Source: a virus. From it: a DNA stretch of 64,000 bases. Every line of letters starts with the position of its first letter. Within the stretch, counting starts at the first letter, position 1. The DNA lies in IMG/VR virus record IMGVR_UViG_3300024983_000001, positions 1 through 64,000 of that record. One strand, given 5' to 3'. The position numbers and the translations under genes were made by a program. This document shows, in pieces, positions 32,788 through 43,476 of this stretch. The notes under the pieces were generated by a model. That model had not been told where the DNA came from. It worked only from the letters and a program-made list of their open reading frames with translations, and did not search any database.

Positions 32788-33230
32788 TTATCAAAAAAAT
32801 CTTGTTTATTTTAACGTTAGTGTTTGTTGTGTTCGGTTCAGCAAACGCAACCGGCCCACAACCCGCTACTATGCCTATTATTGAAGGAGCAAACCCAACA
32901 ACTTCATTAACGTATGAAGATTTGCGAGCTATATTCACTCTTGTGGTATCCAGATGGGCAGATGGAAGTAGGATTGTCGTTGTAATCTTATCAAGCGATA
33001 ACGAATTACAACGACAATTTTTATTTGAGTATTTTGGTTTGACGCCAGCCAGATACAACGAAATTGTTGAATCTCGTGTTAGTTCGGGTAGAGCTAAACC
33101 ACCAGTTATTGTCAACACAGAAAGTGAAATGATACGCAAGGTGAGTGGTACTGTAGGGAGTGTTGGGTTCACTAGCCGTGACATATACATCGGCGCCAAA
33201 GATGGCGTCAAGGTTGTTCCGATTTTTTAA
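32784..33230 (+). CDS. Exported periplasmic-binding-protein-like domain (PstS-like half)
   Basis: Signal peptide; LT.EDLRAIF....RW.DG..I, V..T.GSVGF. Confidence 0.55.
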   Translation: MIIKKILFILTLVFVVFGSANATGPQPATMPIIEGANPTTSLTYEDLRAIFTLVVSRWADGSRIVVVILSSDNELQRQFLFEYFGLTPARYNEIVESRVSSGRAKPPVIVNTESEMIRKVSGTVGSVGFTSRDIYIGAKDGVKVVPIF

Positions 33231-33288
33231 TACAAACGTTGGAAGTTGTTAGGTACTGCTTCTAATTAGACCCGCCGGGGGAAACAAT

Positions 33289-33309
33289 AAAACCGCCAGA
33301 GGCGGTTTT
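33289..33309. terminator. Bidirectional terminator
   Basis: AAAACCGCC-AGA-GGCGGTTTT. Confidence 0.75.
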
Positions 33310-33328
33310 ATTTTATAACAGATTGTGG

Positions 33329-34093
33329 TTAGTCTTCCGTTTGTTCAGCAGCAACAATCCAAGCTTTAACCAAATCGCTGCGTACAATATCACTCGATGT
33401 AAATTGTACTGACGAAAACTGTTTCATCTTCTCAGCAGTTGAAAGTAATCGTTGCATGCCTGTTTTTTCGGTTGAACGTTTGTTGAGGTCCGTTTGAACT
33501 AAATCGCCCGTAAAGATAACGCGCGAATTTTCGCCAACTCGAGTCATAACACTGTTGATTTCGTGCCAGGTTAAGTTTTGTGCTTCGTCCACAATAATAA
33601 CTGCATTATCCCACGTCAATCCACGAATGTAAGAAGTGGTTACGAAGCGAATAAGACTAGCCTCTTTCATGTTTTCATATGTACTGTATCTACCAAAAAG
33701 GTCAGCAAGAATATCACGATAAGGAGTTTCGAACAAGGCCGTTTTCTCTTCCAATGTACCAGGCATATATCCCAAATCTCGGGTTGCCACAGCAGACCTA
33801 ACAATCACTACGTGATTTTGTGGACGATTTCCATCTAAAACATCACACAGTGCTAGATAAAATGCGAGATATGATTTACCTGTACCAGCTGATCCGTATG
33901 CTACTAACTGATCTCCCTGAAAATACTGGGTAAACATATTATGTTGGTTGTTCGTTAGAGGTTTAATGCTTTTGAGGTCAAATTTACTCCAAGTTTTCTT
34001 GTTTGGTCCTTCCTCCATTGCACGTTTATTGTTGTTGATCAAATAAACTTCTGCAATTTCATCTCTCTGTCTAGTCCTTCTACTTTTAGCCAT
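33329..34093 (-). CDS. phoH: PhoH-family ATPase
   Basis: GSAGTGKS, LGYMPG, YIRG.T, DEAQN, TRVG, GD..Q.D, DIVRS. Confidence 0.93.
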   Translation of the reverse strand: MAKSRRTRQRDEIAEVYLINNNKRAMEEGPNKKTWSKFDLKSIKPLTNNQHNMFTQYFQGDQLVAYGSAGTGKSYLAFYLALCDVLDGNRPQNHVVIVRSAVATRDLGYMPGTLEEKTALFETPYRDILADLFGRYSTYENMKEASLIRFVTTSYIRGLTWDNAVIIVDEAQNLTWHEINSVMTRVGENSRVIFTGDLVQTDLNKRSTEKTGMQRLLSTAEKMKQFSSVQFTSSDIVRSDLVKAWIVAAEQTED

Positions 34094-34187
34094 TGTTGTA
34101 GACTCCTTTACGGTTGTTGTTTTTGTTACTTTCCTAGACGATCGTGGTTTTGGTAGTGTTGTTTTGATAAAATCTCCTTTCGAATTG

Positions 34188-34772
34188 TTACACAATCGTA
34201 TCCAAGATACGCTTTCTTTTATTAACGTCCCCATTACTCTGAATAATGTGTGACGATAATTTCATTACATCCACCGGCAAATGTCCGTTTGTAGCACGAG
34301 CATCGATTTTATCCAATATTCTATTGAATGTTTGCTCAACGGATTGTTTTTCTTCAGGTTTGCCAGTAAGATGACCAAGCACTGTTTTGATGTTGTCCAC
34401 CAAATCAATTTGTGTACTGTCAGAATGTGTTGCAGGTTCGAGTTTACGGCTAGTTATATCGGCAGCGACATCAAAAATCATTTTAAGATTTTTTTGTAAC
34501 TCGGGTGTTTTCTTTTTGGTTAATTCAAGTTCCAATTCCTTGGTAAATGCATATACCTTGGCTATGGTAAGTGCAAGTGGTTCCGGAATTACTTTGTTTG
34601 TCATCAGTACCTTGCGTACTGTCTGCTTGAGGTCGTCTACTGTTTCTGAAATTAATTGTGGAGAAGATTCAGACTCCACAAGTACTTTACAGTGGTTCAC
34701 AACAAATTCAAACATTTGCTGTTTTCGATATGTTACATTTTCTAAATCTTTAATCAAAACACTGTCACGCAT
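34188..34772 (-). CDS. Hypothetical late protein
   Basis: ATAAATA upstream (~34800); helical ORF. Confidence 0.55.
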   Translation of the reverse strand: MRDSVLIKDLENVTYRKQQMFEFVVNHCKVLVESESSPQLISETVDDLKQTVRKVLMTNKVIPEPLALTIAKVYAFTKELELELTKKKTPELQKNLKMIFDVAADITSRKLEPATHSDSTQIDLVDNIKTVLGHLTGKPEEKQSVEQTFNRILDKIDARATNGHLPVDVMKLSSHIIQSNGDVNKRKRILDTIV

Positions 34773-35090
34773 TAAACACTAATCCTCTGTAGATGATTGT
34801 ATTTATGCTACTACGTTTTCAACTTAAAATAAGTTTCAGATGCCCTTATAAAACATACTTAAATCACCCATCGGCTCTTTAAGCCCAAAATTTCCAAGCA
34901 CCCAATCTTCAGCTTCCTGAAGCTTGAAACCGCAATACAATAAGTTTTCATCAATCGTATCACTGATGGCCTCCAACACCAAGTTGGCTCCCTCAATAAA
35001 ATCTGGATCCATGATATCTGCTCCCAATAAAAAAGGTATAATAACCTGAAGTCATTATACCTTTATTTTTGCTTCTGTGCAACAGGTTGT

Positions 35091-35744
35091 TTAAATGCCT
35101 GCTGGCGCCCCTGCACCTGCAGCAGGTGTTCCTCGTGCGCCGCCACCCGCTGGCGTTCCTTGCGCAGATGTTGCGGCAACTGCAGGAGTTTGGTTTGGAT
35201 TTTGCGTTGGTTGCTGTTGAGATGCAGCACCACTTGCTTGTCTGTAGAACGAAGCCAAGCGCTGAAGTTTTTGTGCAAATTGCTGCTTCTGTTGATCATC
35301 CATCTGTTCAATTTGTGACAATGTCTGCTTGTTGCTATCCGCCAAAGCCTTGCCATTTTGTTGTGCCACTTGAATGAGTACCGAATCAACTTTACCAGGG
35401 GCATCCGAAGGTTTGGAAACACCCTTCATGATGGTAGCAAGATTAGAGGCAGGATCGCCTTTGAAGCGTGAAAGAATCGCGCCTTTGGTGTCTTCTTGGC
35501 TCAAAAGCTGAAGAGTTGCAAGCTCACTTGCAATTCTATCGACTTGTGCAGGATCAACTTTGCCTGCGCCAACCATGGCAGTGAGTTGTGTCAAGAATTC
35601 TTCAGCTGTTTCAAACAATGCTGCCGACTTATCGAATCCGGTAAGATTGGATTCGATGATAGCAACAGCTTGTTGATGTGCAGCCCAGTTAGCAGCAACT
35701 GCTTGTTCAAGGCTCTCATTAATGTCTTTAATTAGTTTGGTCAT
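35091..35744 (-). CDS. Hypothetical late protein with Q/A/P/G-rich tail
   Basis: TATAAATA at ~35769-35776, AAGGAG RBS, terminator at ~35030-35065. Confidence 0.65.
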   Translation of the reverse strand: MTKLIKDINESLEQAVAANWAAHQQAVAIIESNLTGFDKSAALFETAEEFLTQLTAMVGAGKVDPAQVDRIASELATLQLLSQEDTKGAILSRFKGDPASNLATIMKGVSKPSDAPGKVDSVLIQVAQQNGKALADSNKQTLSQIEQMDDQQKQQFAQKLQRLASFYRQASGAASQQQPTQNPNQTPAVAATSAQGTPAGGGARGTPAAGAGAPAGI

Positions 35745-35778
35745 AGTAAAACTCCTTATTGTTTCATGTATTTATACT

Positions 35779-37281
35779 TCATTTATTCTTTTGAGTATGA
35801 AACAAAGCTTTAATTGTGTTTTTGTTATCAACGGTTTCTAATTTTACATCAAAACCCCACAATGTCACAACGTGTTTAAGAACTTCTTTTGCGGAATCAC
35901 TGTCGAGATACCGATGATTGTTCATGTAGTGGCGTAGAGTCAGAGAACGATCACCCCAGCGATCCACATTGTACACCTGAATATTGGGTTCTGCTGTTGT
36001 CAAGTCATATTGGTTAGCAAGCAATGTGCGTACAGTCTTGTAACCTTCATCGTCGTGAATAGCACTAATGACATAGTCACTATCTTTCTCTTCGTCGCGA
36101 ATGCTAAACAATTTAAGGTCACGCATCACCTTAGGTGACAGATATTGGCGGATGAAACTCTCGTCCTTGAAATTTTCCATCGCAAAGTGAATTGTTTCTT
36201 TCCAATCACTACCAGCGAACTTCGGAAACCACCGCTTGTCTTCTTCAGTTGGTTCTTCACAAATGCGTTTGATGTCCATGAACATAGCAAAACCAAGTGC
36301 ATAAGGATTGATACCACTGTAGTACTTGTGGCTAAAAGGTAGTTGGCGTATAACACCTGTATGAGATGCCATAAATTCCAGCATGAAACCATCAGTGATG
36401 AGGTTTTCTTCACGCAACTTATGCATGATCGTGTAGTGTGTAAACGTAGCAAATCCTTCATTCATCACCTTGGTTTGTTTTTGGGGATAAAAGTATTGCG
36501 AAATTTTGCGCACAATACGAATAATCTCACGTTTCCACTGTGGCAGATTAGGTGCGCTCTTTTCGATGAAATATAAAATGTTTTCTTCCGGTTCAGCAGG
36601 GAAAGTCTGTTTACGTTTGAGTTCAGAATCTGGTTCATTTGATGGAACGGTACGCCACAAATCATTTACCTGGCTTTGTAGCCATTCGTTACGGTCCTTT
36701 TGACGCTGTTCTTCTTTTACCATTGAAATCTTTGACGGGCGTTTGTATTTGTCCACACCATAAGATTGCAGAGCATGACATGCATCAAGCACCTCTTCAA
36801 CTTCGTCAATGCCGTATTTTTCTTCGCAATCGTTGATGTATTTTTTTGCAAAAACCAAATAATCAACAATGCTTTCGGCGTCTGTCCACTGTTTAAACAT
36901 GTAATTGTTTTTGAAGAATGCGTTGTGGCCAATACCCGCATGTGCCATCACGAGAATCTGCATCATCATTGTGTTTTCTTCCATGCAATACACCAAACAC
37001 GGAGACGTGTTCAACACGATTTCGTATGCAAGCCCCATTTGACCGTGCTTATAACCCTTTGCATTGCGCACAAACTCTTTACCAAACGACCAGTGATTAT
37101 AATTGATTGGCATACCCACTGCAGCATAGGCATCCAGCATCTGTTCAGCACTGATAATTTCGATTTGATTTGGATAAATTTTGCATCCGAGGTATTCCGT
37201 ACCAATACGTTCAATCTCCTTGTAATATGCATCAAGTAGTTCGAACGTCCATTCGCTTTTGGTTGTAATAGGTGTACGCAT
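35779..37281 (-). CDS. ycgB: SpoVR/YcgB family protein
   Basis: GMP..Y.HWSFGK, GLAYEIV, HNAFFKNNY, YFYPQ.QTKVMNEGFA, NPYALG. Confidence 0.93.
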   Translation of the reverse strand: MRTPITTKSEWTFELLDAYYKEIERIGTEYLGCKIYPNQIEIISAEQMLDAYAAVGMPINYNHWSFGKEFVRNAKGYKHGQMGLAYEIVLNTSPCLVYCMEENTMMMQILVMAHAGIGHNAFFKNNYMFKQWTDAESIVDYLVFAKKYINDCEEKYGIDEVEEVLDACHALQSYGVDKYKRPSKISMVKEEQRQKDRNEWLQSQVNDLWRTVPSNEPDSELKRKQTFPAEPEENILYFIEKSAPNLPQWKREIIRIVRKISQYFYPQKQTKVMNEGFATFTHYTIMHKLREENLITDGFMLEFMASHTGVIRQLPFSHKYYSGINPYALGFAMFMDIKRICEEPTEEDKRWFPKFAGSDWKETIHFAMENFKDESFIRQYLSPKVMRDLKLFSIRDEEKDSDYVISAIHDDEGYKTVRTLLANQYDLTTAEPNIQVYNVDRWGDRSLTLRHYMNNHRYLDSDSAKEVLKHVVTLWGFDVKLETVDNKNTIKALFHTQKNK

Positions 37282-38582
37282 TAAACTGATTCCTTTTCAA
37301 AAAGTTTTCTAAACACGGGAAAAATATCTTCTGGTCCATCAATAAACGCCATATCTACGTTATCGTGTGATGGCATCACTTTACTCTCAAACATTCGTGA
37401 CAATACGTTGTCATCATCACCAATTTGAATATAAGCATAATACTGAATTTGTGGAAGAATTTCATTCAACAAATGTGTGCAATACGTACTATCGTACGAA
37501 TCGTTGTCGCCATCCGATGCTTGGCAGAAATAGATATTCCACGTGCCATCATATCGTTCGGCCATAATTTCCTGCGCCAATTCGAGTGATGGCGAAACAA
37601 GTGTACCACCAGTTTCTTTGGAATAGAAAAACTCTTCTTCATCCACCTCTTTTGCGAGTGTGTGATAACGAATCGGCACAATATCAATATGTTCATATGT
37701 TCTATGTAGGAACACATACAATAACATATAGAAACGTTTTGCCATTTCCTTCTTAAATTCGTCCATACTTCCAGAAACGTCCATCAACATGAACATTACA
37801 GCGCGCGTCGTTGGAACAACCACCGTTTCAAATCGGTTGTAGCGCAAATCGATGTTATCAATGAATGGTACTGCTTTAATTTTGCGTTTCAGTGTTTCGA
37901 TTTGTTTGACGAGATCAGCAATTCTAATTTGTTCATCAGAACAATCTTTCTGCAAAATACCTTGATCATCAGTGTTATCCGCAATGTATTGGATCAAGTC
38001 AGCCAACTCTGCTTCTAACTCTTTAAGTTTACGCTTTTTTGGATTACGCAATGCAGCCCGACGTCCAACCGATTGTTTTAGTGAACGCACATAATTCAGT
38101 TTACTCGGAACCCCATCCACCGAAAAACCTGCACGTTTTAGCTTAGTTTCCTCGATGGAAGACAGTTGTTTTTTCACAAGATCGGGCAATTCCAAATCCT
38201 CGAAGAATATGTCCATGTATTCCTTTTTGGAAATCATGAATTCAAAATCATCTTCTCCATCTCCACCATTACCACTACCGCTTCCACCACTATCGCCTAG
38301 CGGTTTGGGGATGCGATCTCCTGTTACATAATCTTTATTTCCTGGATATACACGATCTGTGTCTCCACCTTTAGCATGATGAAACCAAGGTTCGCTGATA
38401 TCTTTTTTCGGAACAACAACGTTCTGATCTTTGCTATCGACAATATCACGAATATTGCCATTTTTAATATTTTCTCTAATTGCTTCTCTTACATGTTTAT
38501 TGACGCGGCGTACAAACCGTTGACGGTTTGACGAACTTTTGTTTTTACCATTAACGCGTCTGTCTACTATGTGAAAACTCAT
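37281..38582 (-). CDS. yeaH: YeaH/DUF444 vWA-domain protein
   Basis: IVDRR..K..S.NRQRF, FEDLELP, MDVSGSM, GGTLVS, SDGDN. Confidence 0.92.
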   Translation of the reverse strand: MSFHIVDRRVNGKNKSSSNRQRFVRRVNKHVREAIRENIKNGNIRDIVDSKDQNVVVPKKDISEPWFHHAKGGDTDRVYPGNKDYVTGDRIPKPLGDSGGSGSGNGGDGEDDFEFMISKKEYMDIFFEDLELPDLVKKQLSSIEETKLKRAGFSVDGVPSKLNYVRSLKQSVGRRAALRNPKKRKLKELEAELADLIQYIADNTDDQGILQKDCSDEQIRIADLVKQIETLKRKIKAVPFIDNIDLRYNRFETVVVPTTRAVMFMLMDVSGSMDEFKKEMAKRFYMLLYVFLHRTYEHIDIVPIRYHTLAKEVDEEEFFYSKETGGTLVSPSLELAQEIMAERYDGTWNIYFCQASDGDNDSYDSTYCTHLLNEILPQIQYYAYIQIGDDDNVLSRMFESKVMPSHDNVDMAFIDGPEDIFPVFRKLFEKESV

Positions 38583-38726
38583 ACTATCTCCAATTTTTGG
38601 TTGTATTTGTGGGCTGCATAGTCATATCTCAGTTTCCATTATAATAAACTAAAACCAACAAAAAGTCAATACTTGTATCTCTATGTATAACGAATATAAA
38701 TATAAACACATAATAAGGAGAACATT

Positions 38727-38969
38727 ATGAAAACATGTAGCAAATGTGGTGTAGAAAAGGACGTTGTAGACTTCAATTATGATGGTATGTCAATTGACCT
38801 TTTGAGTTCTGTATGCAAGGATTGCAAAAGCGGTTCGGTCAAACCTGTAGTTAAAAAACCAGTAGTTAAAAAACCAGTAGTTGAGAGTGTGGCACCAGTT
38901 GTGGACGCAACGACAGCGTCCGTTATACCAGCAAGTGAGGTTACACCTTTAGAGCCTCCAAAAGAGTAA
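38727..38969 (+). CDS. Small zinc-ribbon protein with tandem KPVV(K) repeats
   Basis: CSKC...CKDC; 15-nt repeat x3 at ~38841-38883; TATAAATA at 38695 and AAGGAG. Confidence 0.65.
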   Translation: MKTCSKCGVEKDVVDFNYDGMSIDLLSSVCKDCKSGSVKPVVKKPVVKKPVVESVAPVVDATTASVIPASEVTPLEPPKE

Positions 38970-38997
38970 TATAAAATAAGGCCCAATGGGCCTTATT

Positions 38998-40122
38998 TTA
39001 TATCAAGTTTGAAAATGTCACTTTTCTGTAATAGTTTTTGCCTGCACTTTGTTCTTTACCTGTTATAACTTTTCCATAACGTGTTGTCAATAACGTACAA
39101 GGCGCAAATGTGTTTGGATTAATAACTATTCCACTACTGATTGTTAGAATATATGGGCTGTAAATGTACCCCGTATCCGTTTCGCCAGCGGCCCCTTTAT
39201 AACCCACCAACACCACGTTGTTATTTGGTTGTGATTCTACAGTAAAACCGGATGTAGCGTATAGTTTAATAGTGCCACCAACATAACCAACATGCACCAA
39301 CCCATCACCTAGCTTAATATCGTCAAACAAAAATAGTACGTGATTACTTACTTTACTATTATGAGCTTGTAAATATGCTAGCATCGAAGGATCGATAACA
39401 GCAAAGTTGCCCGCACCTCTTCGGGTTGCGCGTGCTATTTCGTTAGCAGCCATGTTAATGTGTAATATTACTGATGTAATCTTTTCCGCACTAGCAAAGA
39501 CATCCTGCGCAATGTTTACTTCTTCATCAACTGCTATTTCGTACAGTTCGTTCATAAGGATGTTGTTTAGTTCAAGAGCTATTTCACTTGCCATTGCCGC
39601 AGTTAGTTCTTGTTTGGTGTCAATATCGTGAAGAGCCTTTAAGTCCTTTTCTGCTTCAACACTCCACGTTGCCGACAGCTTTTGGCTGATCGCTGTCATT
39701 GCTTGTGAAACGATTTCGATCGAAATTTTTTTATCTTGTTCATCCGTTTGGTTTAACAGGCGGGATTGTAATGAATACACTAAGCCAACTGGGCCAGATA
39801 ACGGTTGCATTCCCACTAAATTCCAATGGAAGAGTTTATCCAAAACAAGTTTTGTTATGATAAACATATTATCATTTTTTGCTAAAAAACTTGTTGTAGT
39901 GTCTGAGAATATAGCCAACAATTTATTCAATGCCTTAGGCTGTTCATGCAGTTCGTTGTCTGGAATATTACGCATCGTATTGTCGAGGATGGTGTTATAG
40001 ACTACCAGCCGCTTCTCATCAACACCATTACAGATACTATTTTTGTAAGCTGTCCATTTTTTATCAAATTTGCGTTGTTTGTAAAGTTTGTAAACGTCTT
40101 GTAACAATTGTAGTTTAAACAT
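38998..40122 (-). CDS. Divergent T4 gp23/gp24-family capsid protein paralogue
   Basis: VGMQPLSGPVG, KL.A.WSVE...DLKALH.ID, EIALE.N, IARATRRGAGNF, VGYKG, Y.PY, TRYG. Confidence 0.85.
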   Translation of the reverse strand: MFKLQLLQDVYKLYKQRKFDKKWTAYKNSICNGVDEKRLVVYNTILDNTMRNIPDNELHEQPKALNKLLAIFSDTTTSFLAKNDNMFIITKLVLDKLFHWNLVGMQPLSGPVGLVYSLQSRLLNQTDEQDKKISIEIVSQAMTAISQKLSATWSVEAEKDLKALHDIDTKQELTAAMASEIALELNNILMNELYEIAVDEEVNIAQDVFASAEKITSVILHINMAANEIARATRRGAGNFAVIDPSMLAYLQAHNSKVSNHVLFLFDDIKLGDGLVHVGYVGGTIKLYATSGFTVESQPNNNVVLVGYKGAAGETDTGYIYSPYILTISSGIVINPNTFAPCTLLTTRYGKVITGKEQSAGKNYYRKVTFSNLI

Positions 40123-40294
40123 TTGATTTCCCTTTGTTTTTTATTGTATTGATTATATATTAGGGTTATTTTTTGTGATACCAATCGGCTATTTTAATAA
40201 TTTACAGCCTGAAACATAATAAGGCAACAAGTTTGTTAATGCCAATAAAATAAGGAGTACAATTGTTCTCCTTATTTTTGTCTAACTACTTGAT

Positions 40295-42214
40295 TTAGTT
40301 GTTCTTTCTGTAACGCATGTACCACGAAACCAACAACTCGACCTGTTTCCGTGTATAACCTTTTTCAACCATACGGTCAACGAATGCATCGTGTTTGTTC
40401 TGCTCTTCTTTCGAACCTTTTGCGCTAAAGGACACAATAGGTAGCAGTTCTTCGGTGTTTGCAAACATCTTCTTCTCAATCACCTCACGAATCTTTTCGT
40501 ATGAAGTCCAATCAGGATTCTTGCCGTTGTTGTTAGCACGCTGACGAAGAGTGTAGTTGACAACCTCATTACGGAAATCTTTTGGATTTGCGATGCCAGC
40601 AGGTTTTTCAATCTTTTCCAGTTCAGCATTCAGGTTTTCACGATCATACATTTCACCAGTATCTTGGTCGCGGTATTCGGTGTTTTGAATCCAGTGATCT
40701 GCGTAAGTGATATAACGATCGAACAGATTCTGTCCATACTCACTGTACGATTCGAGATAAGCAGTCTGGATCTCTTTACCAATGAACTCACCAAACTTTG
40801 GTGCAAGAATCGTTTTGATGAAATCAATATACTTCTCTTCGGTTTCACCATTAAACTGTTCTTGTTCAATCTGCTTCTCCAAAACATACATCAGGTGTAC
40901 AGGGTTAGCAGCAACTTCGGTATTGTCGTAGTTAAACACCTTCGACAAAATTTTGTATGCAAATCGAGTCGACAGACCACTCATGCCTTCATCAACGCCT
41001 GCATCATCACGATATTCCTGAAGTGGCTTGGCTTTTGGATCGGTGTCTTTTAGATTTTCACCATCATACACACGCATTTTCGAGAAAATAAGCGAATTTT
41101 CAGGTTCCTTGAGTCGAGTCAGCACAGCAAACTGGGCCATCATCTCAAGAGTGCCAGGTGAGCACGGAGCATCAGCGAGCGAGCTGTTACGAAGAAGCTT
41201 TTCATAAATGTTGGTTTCTTCGGTCACGCGCAAGCAATAAGGTACCTTGACAATATAAACACGATCAAGGAAGGCCTCGTTGTTCTTGTTGTTGCGGAAC
41301 GACTGCCATTCAGACTCGTTGCTGTGTGCAAGAACAACACCACTGAACGGAATTGCAGCACCTTCTGTACCATTGAAGTTACCTTCTTGGGTAGCGGTTA
41401 GCAGCGGGTGCAACATTTTGATGGGAGCCTTAAACATTTCAACGAATTCGAGAATACCTTGGTTTGCCAAGCAAAGACCACCGCTGTAGCTGTATGCATC
41501 AGGATCATCTTGCGAATAATCTTCCAACTTACGAATGTCGACTTTACCAACAAGAGCGGAAATATCTTGGTTGTTCTCATCACCCGGTTCAGTTTTAGTA
41601 ATGCCAACTTGATTCAAACGAGACGGCCAAACTTTAACAACCTTGAATTTGGTGATATCTCCACCAAATTCACCAAGGCGTTTTGCAGCCCACGGAGACA
41701 TAACGTGATTGAGGTAGCGGTCAGGAATTCCATAGTCTCGTTCAAGAGATTTGCTGTGTTTTTCCTTACTAAACAAACCAAGCGGAGATTCGTGTACAGG
41801 AGAACCTTTAATGGCATAAAACGGAATCTGCTCCATCAACTCTTTAAGTTTTTCCGCAAGAGACGATTTGCTGGAGCCAACAGGACCCAACAGATACAGA
41901 ATTTGTTTCTTTTCTTCAAGACCTTGAGCAGCATGTTTAAAGTAGGCAACGATCTGTTCGATCACATTTTCAATACCATAAAATTCTTTAAAAGCAGGAT
42001 AACGCTTGATGACACGATTCATAAAGATTCGGCTCAACCGAGGATCGTGTTTCGTATCAATAGTTTCAGGCTCACCAATCGCCATCAACATACGTTCGCC
42101 GGCACTGGCGTATGCAGTTGGGTCTTCTTTGCAGAGGTCGAGATATTCCTGAATGGTCATCTCTTCGGGTTGATGAGATTTGTATTGCTCTTGGTACTCG
42201 GTAAAAATACTCAT
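40295..42214 (-). CDS. yeaG: PrkA/YeaG AAA+ serine-kinase family protein
   Basis: LLGPVGSSKS, TEPGDENNQDIS.LVG, EFVEMFK, HSNESE, NEAFLDR, EGMSGLSTRF. Confidence 0.95.
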   Translation of the reverse strand: MSIFTEYQEQYKSHQPEEMTIQEYLDLCKEDPTAYASAGERMLMAIGEPETIDTKHDPRLSRIFMNRVIKRYPAFKEFYGIENVIEQIVAYFKHAAQGLEEKKQILYLLGPVGSSKSSLAEKLKELMEQIPFYAIKGSPVHESPLGLFSKEKHSKSLERDYGIPDRYLNHVMSPWAAKRLGEFGGDITKFKVVKVWPSRLNQVGITKTEPGDENNQDISALVGKVDIRKLEDYSQDDPDAYSYSGGLCLANQGILEFVEMFKAPIKMLHPLLTATQEGNFNGTEGAAIPFSGVVLAHSNESEWQSFRNNKNNEAFLDRVYIVKVPYCLRVTEETNIYEKLLRNSSLADAPCSPGTLEMMAQFAVLTRLKEPENSLIFSKMRVYDGENLKDTDPKAKPLQEYRDDAGVDEGMSGLSTRFAYKILSKVFNYDNTEVAANPVHLMYVLEKQIEQEQFNGETEEKYIDFIKTILAPKFGEFIGKEIQTAYLESYSEYGQNLFDRYITYADHWIQNTEYRDQDTGEMYDRENLNAELEKIEKPAGIANPKDFRNEVVNYTLRQRANNNGKNPDWTSYEKIREVIEKKMFANTEELLPIVSFSAKGSKEEQNKHDAFVDRMVEKGYTRKQVELLVSWYMRYRKNN

Positions 42215-42300
42215 TATTTACATCTCCTTTGATATTTGTTTTGAACTTCTGACATTAATCTTCTTACAATTTTAATAATACGTCAACCAATTTTACCAAA

Positions 42301-42585
42301 TCACTTTGTAAAATTGCTTACACTTCCTACAGAATATACTTTGGTAAAACCCATTTGTTCTGCGTAGTTTTCGAACTGGCGAAGATCAGAATCATCATCC
42401 GTTAATCCAAACAAAACAAGTGTATCAGTCGGTTTGTATTTTACACGAAGTGTTGATACATTGCGTAGCACAATATTAGCTGCCCCACCAACCGTACCCT
42501 TTGCGTAGTCAACTGGAGGACGAACATCAATTAGTTTTGCGCCCTTATCAATCAACTTTTGTGCTTTTTGTGCTGAAATTTTCAT
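42301..42585 (-). CDS. Rhodanese-like domain protein (no catalytic Cys)
   Basis: LIDVRP..DY..G...GA.NI, MGF.KVY. Confidence 0.7.
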   Translation of the reverse strand: MKISAQKAQKLIDKGAKLIDVRPPVDYAKGTVGGAANIVLRNVSTLRVKYKPTDTLVLFGLTDDDSDLRQFENYAEQMGFTKVYSVGSVSNFTK

Positions 42586-42879
42586 AATTTCCTCCATCGT
42601 TGTAAAATCAACCAAATATTCTTGTTGCCACTTCCGAACAACCTACAATAAAACAATCGTGCGTATCCCAATATTCCGCTACTTCGTGTACATAAAAAAT
42701 ATACGACATTGTTCCAATAATACGACCAGTATTGGGGTCAAACGTCCTAAAATAGTCTCCTATACGCAAATCAACTACTCTACAACTCTTCCAGTTGAGT
42801 GAATCGTGTTTGACCATTTCCTCACCTTCGGGTTCGATTGTTTGGAAAATCTGATCCGTCCAGTCAGCAACCATCATAT

Positions 42880-43476
42880 TCATTTTTTATCGAATCCTTG
42901 TTCTAGAATCTCTCGTTCACCCACCAAGTCTCTGTTGATAGCATTTTCGTTAGTGTATTTTTCTGGGTAGCGCTTCCGCAATTTTGCAATTACAGTATAT
43001 AACCCATCTTCGGGGTTAATTCCAAGCTCATCCCATGCAATTGCTTGATACCAAGCTGTGTCAAATGTTTCTTCGCCGAAATTAACGCGATCAACAGGTT
43101 CACCATTTCTTGTAGCGGAATCAATTGCTTGAAGCATCTCAACAGATTCAGTATACATACCAATTGCAGCATGGAACAAACGAGTGTTTTCAATGCCAAC
43201 ATCGCCTTTTTGACCTTCTTTTAACCAGTTGGGTGAGCCCGAACGTTGAACGACAGCAATATTGTACTGAATTTGCTCAATATACTTATTCCAAGCTTCA
43301 ACATTGATATCACGTTTGTAAAATACGGTTTTTTTAACAATATCCATCACTTCACCCAATGCGATAGCAGCATTCATGAGTGCCCAAAATTGTTCTTGGT
43401 TGAAGTTTATGGTAGGTACCACACTTTCTGTGCGGATGGCGTTTGGAACGAATTCGTTAAGAGTCATTGTTGTCAT
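42880..43476 (-). CDS. MazG-like NTP pyrophosphohydrolase
   Basis: HAAIG..TES.E, EETFD..WY, KLRKRYP.KY. Confidence 0.75.
   Translation of the reverse strand: MTTMTLNEFVPNAIRTESVVPTINFNQEQFWALMNAAIALGEVMDIVKKTVFYKRDINVEAWNKYIEQIQYNIAVVQRSGSPNWLKEGQKGDVGIENTRLFHAAIGMYTESVEMLQAIDSATRNGEPVDRVNFGEETFDTAWYQAIAWDELGINPEDGLYTVIAKLRKRYPEKYTNENAINRDLVGEREILEQGFDKK

Noticed and set aside
30730-42232. Long antisense ORFs such as 30730-31488 and 41408-42232
   Set aside because: They are shadows of thyA and yeaG caused by codon bias
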